Positions 25,017-36,555 of a stretch of 64,000 nt of DNA are shown here, in pieces (the first letter of the stretch is position 1; each line of letters begins with the position of its first letter). The stretch is from contig OZ249436.1 of assembly GCA_965235115.1 (NCBI GenBank), positions 65,286,001-65,350,000 on the forward strand. Reading direction: 5' to 3'. Under the pieces are notes generated by a model. It did not search any database. It was given only the letters and a program-made list of their open reading frames with translations, and was not told the DNA's origin. The position numbers and the translations under genes are program-made. Source of the stretch: Laetmonice hystrix (taxonomy: Eukaryota).

Positions 25017-26112
25017 GCCCCGACCCTAACCACGGGACCTCCCCCTGTCCCCAGACCTCCCAGAAATACTTACTCCTAGCCCAAGATCTAACCATGGGAT
25101 CTCCCCCTGTCCCCAGACCTCCCAGAAATTTATACTTATTCCTGGCCCAAGATCTGCCGATATCCCGACCCTAACCATGGGTCCTCCCCCTGTCCCCAGA
25201 CCTCCCAGAAATACTTACTCCCAGCCCAAGATCTGCCCATATCCCGACCCTAACCATGGGACCTCCCCCTGCCCCCAGACCTCCCAGAAATTTATACTTA
25301 TTCCTGGCCCAAGATCTGCCGATATCCCGACCCTAACCATGGGTCCTCCCCCTGTCCCCAGACCTCCCAGAAATACTTACTCCCAGCCCAAGATCTGCCC
25401 ATATCCCGACCCTAACCATGAGACCTCCCCCTGTCCCCAGACCTCCCAGAAATACTTACTCCCAGCCCAAGATCTGCCCATATCCCGACCCTAACCATGA
25501 GACCTCCCCCCTGTCCCCAGACCTCCCAGAAAGACTTACTCCTAGCCCAAGATCTGCCCATATCCCGACCCTAACCATGGGTCCTCCCCCTGTCCCGAGA
25601 CCTCCCACAAAGACTTACTCCTAGCCCAAGATCTGCCCATATCCCGACCCTAACCATGGGTCCTCCCCCTGTCCCGAGACCTCCCAGAAAGACTTACTCC
25701 TAGCCCAAGATCTGCCCATATCCCGACCCTAACCATGGGACCTCCCCCTGTCCCCAGACCTCCCAGAAAGACTTACTCCTAGCCCAAGATCTGCCCATAT
25801 CCCGACCCTAACCATGGGACCTCCCCCTGTCCCCAGACCTCCCAGAAATACTTACTCCTAGCCCAAGGTCTGCCCATATCCCAAACCTAACCATGGGTCC
25901 TCCCCCTGTCCCCAGACCTCCCAGAAAGACTTACTCCTAGCCCAAGATCTGCCCATATCCCGACCCTAACCATGAGACCTCCCCCTGCCCCCAGACCTCC
26001 CAGAAAGACTTACTCCTAGCCCAAGATCTGCCCATATCCCGACCCTAACCATGCCCCCCCCCCCTGTCCCCAGACCTCCCAGAAATACTTACTAGCCCAA
26101 GATCTGCCTATA
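25017..26112. repeat. 79-83-bp C-rich minisatellite, about 13 copies
   Basis: CCATGGG(A/T)CCTCCCCCTGTCCCCAGACCTCCCAGAAA(T/G)ACTTACTCCTAGCCCAAGATCTGCCCATATCCCGACCCTAA. Confidence 0.92.
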
Positions 26113-29100
26113 TCCCTAACCCCAGTTTCCTGGGGGTTCTACCATGGAGGAGTAAAGGATTCAGTAAGGTAGCCAGTTATTGATGTGGTGGAGAAGATTA
26201 GAGAGAACCGTATGTGAGATGAGAACTAGGTGGATCAGCCATGACATGCGCTGTCCACTTATTTAAGCCACCTGAGAGATTACCCCGCAGACTCAGAAAC
26301 CGCGACGTCGATATTTCCGGTCGGGGGGAGAGGGCGACCCCTAGCGGGTGAAAGGGGAACCTTGGGTGGGATGTTACCATGGAGATGGTCGGTTGGGAAC
26401 GTCGTGGGGGGGGGGGGGGGTGGAATCTGAGGGGCAGGATGGGGTGGGTGGGGGTTAACTTTGAGGGTGTTTGGGCGGTAGGGTTAGCTTCTCATGTAAC
26501 CAGGTATATGTAAGAGTGTGGGTGTGGGGCGGTGTGTGGGTGTGGGTGTGGGTAGGTGGGTATAGGAAAAGATGGACAGGCCGGGAAATTCTCACCTGGA
26601 TTCTTGGATATAATCGTCTCACCGGCTATCGGTCTAGGCACCTGGCATCGTTTGAGATCTCTGCCCGATGGCAGAATGAGTCCGGTCATCGGGTAAAAGT
26701 GTCGGAGTTTTTATAATTTCAAGTGAAAATCTCAGTCTGGGCCCTCTGTAAGCTTTCAGAGTATGTCTTAGATGTCGGAGTAGTCGATGTAAGTTCAGAC
26801 CAAGAGGGTGATTTCTTGATTAAATACAGTTGGAAGTACCTGACTTCATCATTAATAATTATTATTTATATGTATCTTTGCTTGTTGTTCGCCATCTCTT
26901 TTCTATTTTAGCAAGGACAAGTTCAAATTTTATGTAATGGAAACCTTACCGTAAATCATCAAACAGATGTTAAGAAGCGTGGTTACTGGTATTGCGTCTT
27001 TACGAGACTAGACTCGTCGGTCTGTTGTATGCTCCGCGCCGTTTTCTTTGAGGATTCAGAGCACCAAATTGTCAATCTTACGCAAGTATAGGTAAAAAAG
27101 GACATATAGTGAAGACCTTCCCGGCACGTCAGGGTGGGAAGGAGGTACCCTGACCGCATTTCATGGCCAGGACAAGGGGTGTGTGTGTTAGTGGGGTGGG
27201 TGTTTGTGTAAACATTCTGTAAGGTTACATGCGGTGTTGCGTAGTGCCAGGTCCCAGCCGTCGTGTATTCCAGTAGCACGTACAGATATCGTACTCTAAA
27301 CAAGACAACCCCATCCACCCCAACCTCTACCTCCCCCTCCCACAGAGCCAAACCCAATTTGTCGCAGACACTCCTGCCCTGGTCCCTCGTCCCTACCCGA
27401 CTCCAGATCAAAACCACAGGACCAGAGGGCAACACCAGATATCCCCACCCCTCAGGGCTACTGGGAGGATAAACATCTACGGTTGGACATGTTAATGTCC
27501 TATCTCCCTAAGGACAGGCCTCCGGCAGTGATCTCTGCAAGGATTTCTTGTTTCATGATTTCCATGCTGGACAGACCGATAAGGCATACATCTGTATCGA
27601 CCCACCATTCCGTGATGGACAGTTTCCACAGAATTGAAATAACTTACTCGCTGTAGTTCTGGTGAATTTACGCCATGAAAGCAACTACGACAATATTTTG
27701 ATATTTAAAAATAAGATGTTAAAATGTACAAAGGTGGGTGGGTAATTGGCTGCATTGATTCCGTGATAGAGTGGGGACTGGCACGGGAGGACTGGTAAAA
27801 GCAGGGAAATCCAAACACGTACAAAAGTGCAATTGTGATTTTATGATTTTGGAATGATGGGTGCAATTCACCACCTTCTTTGAAAATAATGGCTTCCCAG
27901 ACACAGAGAGCGCAGGAACGATTTATTTCTCTGAGAGAACTGGGATTTTTTGCCCTTGTCGCTTGGCGCTTGGCGCAGCAGAACGAGCAGCGTGCGGTGG
28001 TAACTGTAACGTCTAGGGTCCCTAGTTACGGTGATGAGAAGAGTTGTTACTCGGCGTTCTTGGCACAGAGGGCACGTCGTGCCCCCATGGCTGGCACCTT
28101 TGTTACACCCCATACATCACTGCTGACAGTTGAGGTGTTGGTAGATTACGTAAACATCCTGAGAATACAGCAAGAGATGGAGCACACTGAGGTCCCTCGC
28201 CCGTCATTCATAACTGTCTCTGTTGGGAGGGAGTGGGGGTAATATGGGTGGGGGGGGGGGGAGGTGAAGTGTACCGGATCACACTAAACCTGGCCTTATT
28301 TCACCACCAATAAATTCGGTAAGAAGGGATACTGTATTATTCGTATGGAACTCTGCAACATGAATTCTATTTTTTCTAACCCGTTTTGTCACCGTTAATA
28401 TCTATCAGTTTGTCGGAAGAACTGTTCCAGGTATGTAGGTGGTAGAAGACAAAATTATGCCAGGCCTCCGGGCTCTATGTCTCTTGTCGGTATTTAATGA
28501 GGGTAACAGACGCCAGGCCCGACCCAGTGGGGGATGTACAGTGTACTTGAAGGACAAGAGGTTTCACTGACTCACACAGACTTATTAACTTCCACTAAGT
28601 TTGTCTGGAGGATTCACGCTTTAACTGGTGCTACATGACACTAGAGTGACGTCACTAACAATAACTTTGTCCGGTCGTGTCGGGTGTTTACAAACGAGTC
28701 TGCGCCCTGTCAATGAACAAGGTGGCTGGGTCTGGCGCTGGGCGTCAGGTATACATCAACACCTGTCGGATGTATATACCAGGGTCAAGGTCACACTGGG
28801 TCACGGTCACACAGCCACACACTGGGGCCTCGCCTGGCAGCACACCTATGGGGTGGCATCACCGGTGTTAGAGTCGAGGCTGCAACAGAAGGCAGGGTAA
28901 AAAAAGGTGCGAGATGGATCTGTAGTCATGAGAGGCGGACATTTACATGATGTTGGGCCCATTGCCAAGGGCACGAGATGTGGATTTCTTTTACGCCGTT
29001 AGAATTGGTAAACTGTTCAGCCGATTAAAACGGGACAAATATGCAGTTTTCCCGGCACGGCTGTGACCGGTATCGGGGCGCATTGTTGAGAAATATTCAC

Positions 29101-29300
29101 AGAGGCCCATATTAAGGAGCAGAATTAATTATTAATGAACTATCTGTATATTGATTTAATGAATCAGAAGGTAATTAATACCTAACATTCTCAAGCCAGG
29201 ACGTACATGAACGTTTCCTATATGCTGTTATTAACGACAATTACAGAGAAGCGATATAGAGAGAAAGTGGGCAAAAAGTCAGATGAATATTTATGACGGT

Positions 29301-30217
29301 CAGACTCGGCTTTGGTTAAACGCACGGTTTGCCATGTGTGGTCCGTGGTGACGTAGGACCCTCAGACTGACTGAGAATGGTTTATTGAGACATGTTGGTT
29401 GGACTCGGCTTTGGTTAAACGCACGGTTTGCCATGTGTGGTCCGTGGTGACGTAGGACCCTCAGACTGACTGAGAATGGTTTAAACGCACGATTTGCCAT
29501 GTGTGGTCCGTGGTGACGTAGGACCCTCAGACTGACTGAGAATGGTTTATTGAGACATGTTGGTTGGACTCGGCTTTGGTTAAACGCACGGTTTGCCATG
29601 TGTGGTCCGTGGTGACGTAGGACCCTCAGACTGACTGAGAATGGTTTAAACGCACGATTTGCCATGTGTGGTCCGTGGTGACGTAGGACCCTCAGACTGA
29701 CTGAGAATGGTTTATTGAGACATGTTGGTTGGACTCGGCTTTGGTTAAACGCACGGTTTGCCATGTGTGGTCCGTGGTGACGTGGGACCCTCAGACTGGC
29801 TGAGAATGGTTTATTGAGACATGTTGGTTGGATTCGGCTTTGGTTAAACGCACTGTTTGCCATGTGTGGTCCGTGGGGACGTAGGACCCTCAGACTGACT
29901 GAGAATGGTTTATTGAGACATGTTGGTTGGACTCGGCTTTGGTTAAACGCACTGTTTGCCATGTGTGGTCCGTGGTGACGTAGGACCCTCAGACTGACTG
30001 AGAATGGACATGTTGGTTGGACTCGGCTTTGGTTAAACGCACGGTTTGCCATGTGTGGTCCGTGGTGACGTGGGACCCTCAGACTGGCTGAGAATGGTTT
30101 ATTGAGACATGTTGGTTGGACTCGGCTTTGGTTAAACGCACGGTTTGCCATGTGTAGTCCGTGGTGACGTAGGACCCTCAGACTGACCGAGAATGGTTTA
30201 TTGAGACATGTTGGTTG
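29301..30217. repeat. 99-bp minisatellite with 66- and 90-bp deletion variants
   Basis: GA(C/T)TCGGCTTTGGTT at 29303, 29402, 29567, 29732, 29831, 29930, 30020 and 30119. Confidence 0.92.
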
Positions 30218-30604
30218 GGGACGTGGGCTCAGCGTCCTTTGATGAGGAGGTCATCGTTAAGAAAACGGAGGAAGTTAGATTTGTTGTACATGTGAAGCCA
30301 AGGAAAGAAGCCGAATATTAGATAAACTTGTCCAGGAAGGGATCTGATGCCAACACACACCTTGACATCAGCCGGGGATGGCTGATCGCTGACCTGCCCC
30401 AGCCAGATGGTCGTCCGCGTTTTTAGAATAATTGGTGGAGTTAAAAATGAATTTAGAGCAACAAATATACTGATAAAACTGATCTTTATGTTATTAAGGT
30501 AATAATCCAATGTATTTCCTTGACATCCCTGAATACTATGATATTATTGATAAGATACGAACACGTATGCCTGGCACTGATAACGTTTTGACGGTATGTT
30601 ACAG

Positions 30605-30720
30605 GGGAGACGTTGGCGGGACCGGTAGTGGTGGCCGAGTGAAGGCAGACGGTCGACTTAACGGCGACGTTAACCACAACTTACCGGGACATTGGAGTGG
30701 TGACGAAGGTGAACAGGACG
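30605..30720 (+). CDS. Internal exon (Gly-rich linker)
   Basis: ttacag|G GGA GAC...GAC G|gtaag, 116 nt, phase 2-1, the phase needed to follow the PDZ exon; (R)GDVGGTGSGGRVKADGRLNGDVNHNLPGHWSGDEGEQD. Confidence 0.8.
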
Positions 30721-33436
30721 GTAAGCACTCAGTCCCGACCTCACCGACAACAACCGGGCACAGGTTGGAACTCGGCCAATAACAACCCTTCAGTCACCTG
30801 TTGTTTTTGTTGATGTTGTTTGCAGCTTTCCGTAACATGTTCTCGGCTTGGTTCGTTGGTTTTTGTAATACCTTAGGTTGTCTTACGAGAACTTTTAGGC
30901 AAGAGTTCAGCAGTTTCCGTGAAGTTGGTTTCTAAGGAATGACAAATGGCATAGAGTGCATTGTATGAAGTTCAGGGATTTTTTGTTAGGACAAGATGAA
31001 AGACATTAATTATTATACGATAAGGATTAATAGAATGAAACCTATGAATGGTACAAGATGAATGACATTATAAGATAAGATGAAAATTTTGAAAAGAGGT
31101 TACAATGTGATAAAACTCGCAATGCTAAATTTACGTTTTAACACAAACCTAACTTAAGCTGACATTGAATCGGTCACGTGATCGGCAGCCTCGTTCCCGT
31201 CTCGGCTCGAATGTTTACACTCAAAGCGCTAACAGTTGACCAACCTCCTCCCGCTGTCTCTCTTAAATTGACAAAGCTCAACGCAGGATGGGCAAATAAA
31301 AGCTATTGTTCCATAATCTCAGCGGTGCAGTATTTCATAGTGTTCATGCTGGTTCAGCACAATAAATTTCATCCCTGCGGGACCACCAACACGAGGTTAC
31401 GTAATTTATTGAAACCCACTCTGTACTCCGCGCCGAGCCAGTCAGTGAAATGGAAGATTTGATGGTGGGTAGGGATTGGACCGTGCTCAATAAATTGGTT
31501 TCTCTAGAGTGTGATTGAGACTATTTAAGATTCCTTTTATAATGCATCCATCATGTCCCTTTTTGGGTCGTAAACACCGAAGGATGTCTCGGTGGAATGT
31601 TTAGACAGTGAGCATTTCTGTGGGACTGACCTGTTTGAGACTAATGAAATCTTTATAGAAGAATTAGCTCATATTTGCGGAGACCACTGCAGGGCAGAGA
31701 ACAGTCATACTAACGATGTCACTTTGAATTTCATAATTGAGATTAATTACAGATTAATCGATCGTGATTTTTTGGTCGTCCCCTTCAAAAGCCTACTGTT
31801 GAACTTTTTGATCTGGGCCTAGACTCTCATTATCTATTACAAGGATTGGATTTAAACCCAGAATCAGAATTGATTGCAGCTTCCAGTGTTTTGTCATGCT
31901 GACCTATGTGATTGATAATCTGACAGGGTCAGTTTACAGTAGGAGTCAATAATTAACGCCTTGTCATCAAACAGAGACCATAAATTATGACTGCAGTCAC
32001 TCTGAAACAACGTGGGACAGGTCTGCTCCCAGTATGGCGACAAACACAAACCCTCCAAGGTTCCCTAACTCCGTCAGTCACTGACTGGGTAACTGGGTAA
32101 TTATGTAAAAAAAAGTAACAAGAGTAGTTAATATTTCTGTGTGCCGAGAAGTTGATTGATGATACAGCAGTCACGCAAACATTTGATTCGTATGTACACT
32201 GACAATGATAGGGACAGGATCGTTCACAGATCAATATAACTTACGATTTCATTGGTTGGAAACAATCAACCATTTTTTATAGTTTGCAGTTGTGTCGTAG
32301 TTTTAATTTCGGCTGAGGCACCAGGACGACATACTTTTACAGGCGCGGAAATTGTGCTATCAAATTGGATTAAAATATTTGGTTTATTTTTGGTTCGTCC
32401 AAAAGGTTAATATTGTTTTAACTATATTTACCCACTTTTCGATGTCTGGTTTGCAAAAATTGATTTTATGTCCAGCAACTACACGATGTTCAATGTTTCA
32501 ATGAGAAACCGTTATAGACCTTTTAACATGGTACTTAATAGCCAAGTAAGGAAAAACATAACGGATATTTTTCCTAAACCAAGGCACATGGTAATATTCA
32601 AAGTTTATGATTGCAGTATACTGGGTAAGTGTGTAGTCGGTTCCAAACCTTGAAAATGTGTAAGCAGTGATATAAGTTGATTGTTATTCTCAGTTTGGTG
32701 ATTAAACTTTACGTCACAAACTAATCCTCTCCCTGCCAGGTGACAGCATCAAGCCATCTAATTGTCGCTTCATTAACTCTGGTCTGGTTGACTCAACACT
32801 CCCAGAGTGTGCGCTCAGGTTTATCTCCATCCAGTGCCCTCAGCTGAACTCAGAACTAAAGTTCCTCAATAGCTGGAACCCCTTTTAACAGAAGAACAGA
32901 TTACAAAAGCGTTTGTTTGAGTGGTTTAATAAGCAAGATTTTAACGTTAACGTGTCGACACATACAATGATGAGCCGTGCGTGGGTCCTGGGGAGATATG
33001 AAAGTAGAAACTATGGACAGCTTTCTGTCCCCACCCATGTGAGACATGTCCTCCGTCCTACAATTAAAGGCAGGGTTTGTTCCGACAGTGATCCATCACA
33101 TATGACTGTTGGTTTTAATTTGATGTGAGAGGTACTACCGTTATGATTCATTGCTGTTTTTTAGGTTTACAATGCTATCATTTGAGTGTCTGTCGTTTAT
33201 CAAGAATAAACACATGTTTTGTGTTTCCTGTGATGATTGCTGACGTCTGCTGTTTCTGAGACTGTAGAGGAGAGAGATAGTAGGCCGTCAATGGTGGATG
33301 TTATAACATATTACAAGTGCAGAAACAGCAGGCTGTTGTAGCAATCATTGCCGTTTGCTGTTTGGCGAGTTTGAGTCCCGCCCGACCCATGTAACCTTTG
33401 TTGCACCTTTTTTTTGCTGTTTTCACTTTCACGCAG

Positions 33437-33640
33437 GTCTGTGCAAACCCGTCTTTTCTACGGTTGCCTTGGATACGGGCACATTGACTCACGCGGACGA
33501 CATGTCTGGGTCGTCGTCTGATTCCCAGAGCAGTATTATTCTGGCCAGTGGGCAGAGAAAACGTCCACAGGGGGCTGGGCCACCCCCAGTGGGGGCGGGG
33601 GCGACCACTAAGCCGACGTCCTCAGTTTGGTCTCCCTTCG
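33437..33640 (+). CDS. Internal exon (Ser/Gly-rich, ends VWSPF)
   Basis: pyrimidine tract + cacgcag|GT CTG...TTC G|gtcagt, 204 nt, phase 1-1; GLCKPVFSTVALDTG...KPTSSVWSPF. Confidence 0.75.
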
Positions 33641-33742
33641 GTCAGTGCCGTGACGTCACATGTCGTGTCATGACGTAGCTGTGTTCAGTCCTCAGGACGA
33701 CCACCGTGCTGCCTGCTTCTGTGCACTGCATCCGCCCGACTC

Positions 33743-33890
33743 GGGGCCGTCTCAAAAACACCGTCAATAGAAACCCACGAATCAAATAACTGGAAAATAC
33801 CGAGTTACTGGGTTACAAGTAATGGCTCTGTTGAATATTGAAATGATTTACGTTTCGTCAGGGATGTTCGCTGTTTTTGAGACGGGCCCC
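33743..33890. mobile_element. Short MITE
   Basis: Inverted ends GGGGCC(C)GTCTCAAAAACA; AT-rich interior; no clear TSD. Confidence 0.55.
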
Positions 33891-35322
33891 CAGATCCCCA
33901 TGAATCATGTTTCGTACATGTTAAGATTTGTGGTGCCAATGTACTAATGATTTTAGAAGAAATCTTATTGGAATATAGAATGTGCGTGGCTCTCTAACTG
34001 TCTTTCTCTGTTAACCAAGGCTAACCCCCTCTCTTTGTGTGGAGACTGAGGTGCCCTAGGATATGATTACGTAACTGTTTTCAGATGTGATATACAATAT
34101 AGTTACTGAAGAAAAGCAAAGGCTTTTCCATAGCTGCTCATTATGAATTTTATTTTTGATAACATTTGTTGGCATGGAATTGTTGATTCTTGAAATTGAC
34201 ACCGTGTCTAGTGTCTAAGAAGGTTCTGACAAAATAGTTTAGCGTACGAGAATGAGAGTGAAAAATCTTTCTTTTCTGTAAAATACTAACCAAGCCATTG
34301 TACTCGGTAAATCAAGATAAGAAATTTATATATCAAAGAAACATCAATCCTGTTCAGACTTTCAATACATTTAAAAATACATTTAAAAAGACGTCAAACA
34401 GTACTTTAATACGGGGGATTCATTCACGTAGAGCTTGTCCGTGTAAATTCTTAATGTCAGATTGTAAATGGAAATAATTGTAGCGTTTGCTAGATAATTT
34501 GATGTATTTAAAATCTGTTGTGTGATAGTTTAAGACAAGCACTTGGTGAAGGGTCTGGTGATGGTTATAGAGAAATCTCCCCTGATCCCAGCCTAGGTGA
34601 CCGTGATGGACACCTGTTTATCAGCCGCCGTTACTCTACCAGCCATATATCACAGCTTGCTGTTTGTGGAAATGTAGAAGAATGGTGGCAGGTGGCAATA
34701 CATTTTTAGTGTAAATTGTTCCCGGTTGCTTATCAAATTTATCTCATAGCACGGGTGGGTTCGGGCAGAAATGGGTCTTCTCTTGGTGTAGTTGTTTCCT
34801 TTTATTCTGCATTGCCCCCCACCATCTTTTTAATTTTTTTAACCCAAAAATAAGCGCCCTCCCCCACCCAACACGGATTTCTTGTTCCCGTTTAGGGCCT
34901 TAGCTCGTGAAAGACCCACGTCCCTAAGCTTCTCATCCCTGACGCAACCCAACATGTCTTGTTCAGGTCAAGACTGACTGCTCCCCATGCCAGGAGTGGG
35001 TATTGTTATCAAGATTCAAACAGCCATCTGCGTTTCCAAGCATCAGCCTAGAAGCAAAGAACAGGGGCTTTAACGATGACAGACTGGGAACTGATAGTGG
35101 AGGGACGGGGCCTGGCTTTGGGCGTATCGGTTAGTTGGCTGGTGTGGTTTGTCTGTGGCCACACAGACGGATAGCAAGGACCGAGTATCCTGGCTGTTGT
35201 CTTGAATTGATCGGCGCAGTCAGGTTCCCTTACAGAGGAGTTTGTGTTTCCGCTTCCGGTATTACCGGCTTCAGTCGTTCTCAGCGATCACAACGTGAGT
35301 GGCGCTCAGTAACAACAGTAGC

Positions 35323-35541
35323 GGTCCATGTCCCTGTGGGTCCGTGTCCTTGTGGGTCCATGTCCTTGTGGGCCCGTGTCCTTGTGGGTCCATGTCCTTG
35401 TGGGTCCATGTCCTTGTGGGCCCATGTCCTTGTGGGCCCGTGTCCTTGTGGGCCCGTGTCCTTGTGGGTCCATGTCCTTGTGGGTTTGTGTCCTTGTGGG
35501 CCCGGGTCCTTGTGGGCTGGTGTCCTTGTGGATCCATGTCC
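35323..35541. repeat. 15-bp minisatellite
   Basis: (GTCCTTGTGGG(C/T)CC(A/G)T)n, about 14 copies. Confidence 0.88.
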
Positions 35542-36002
35542 ATCACTTGTAAGGTTCAGTGGTTTAACTGGGAGTGTAAAAAAACCGAATTGGATCCAAT
35601 CGCAGAGGCTTCATGTCTCGTTGCGTTTTCATATACCGTGGCTATTACAGGTACTGTTGTGCTATGATATAAGTTCCTCATCTTGCAGACATTATCTAGA
35701 TAAGGAATACATCTGACGTAGAAATCATGTGGGTGAAGAACAGGTCCTACCACTAGCCCCACAATGTGAAGCCCGATCCCCTGGAACAACTACTACAACT
35801 GATTACCCCCGGGGGGGGGGGTGTTTACCAGAGTGACCTTAGAGAAGCAGTCCTTTAGCCCCTCGTCCACACCAATGTCCTTAGCCTCCTCAGTATGGGG
35901 ACCAGTGCTGCCTCCTGGAACACACGCCTCGTGCCCTCCCAACATGCAGACTCCCCTATCCCCACCAACACGTGGTCCTTACCTTCTGAACACATACCCG
36001 CG

Positions 36003-36110
36003 CGTCTCAAGACATAACCCTCGCCTCCCAGACCGCCTCTCAAGACATGACCCTCGCCTCCCAGACCGCCTCTCAAGACATAACCCTCGCCTCCCAGACC
36101 GCCTCTCAAC
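36003..36110. repeat. 33-bp tandem repeat, about 3 copies
   Basis: CTCAAGACAT(A/G)ACCCTCGCCTCCCAGACCGCCT. Confidence 0.85.
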
Positions 36111-36234
36111 ACATGCCGTATGATTGGTTTTTCTCTCGTCACACCTCACCTTTTGTTTCATTAAGCACTGAGCACCATTTGTGTCACTCGATCGGACGAC
36201 GTTCTCCATTTTCCACTGGTGTGAACTGTTTCAG

Positions 36235-36446
36235 GGGGGAGCCGAATGGTGACATATAAACCTGTGTCTTTCGGAGCACCTGGATCTGGTGCTGGCCCCG
36301 CCCCGTACACCGCCATCGGTCATCAACAACAACAGCAGCAGCAACAACAGCAACAACAGCAACAACAACAGAGAGAGCACCTGCAGCAGCAGAAGCAGCA
36401 ACAACAACAACTACAACAACAACAGAGAGAGCACCTGCAGCAGCAG

Positions 36447-36478
<32 letters not shown>

Positions 36479-36555
36479 GCAGAGAGAGCACCTGCAGCAG
36501 CAACATCAACATCAACAACCGCAACCACAAAGGCAGCACATGGAAACACGTGAAG
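36235..36555 (+). CDS. Internal exon with polyglutamine tract
   Basis: tttcag|GG GGG AGC CGA ATG...GAA G|gtaaat, 321 nt, phase 1-1; GGSRMVTYKPVSFGAPG...polyQ...HMETRE. Confidence 0.8.
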
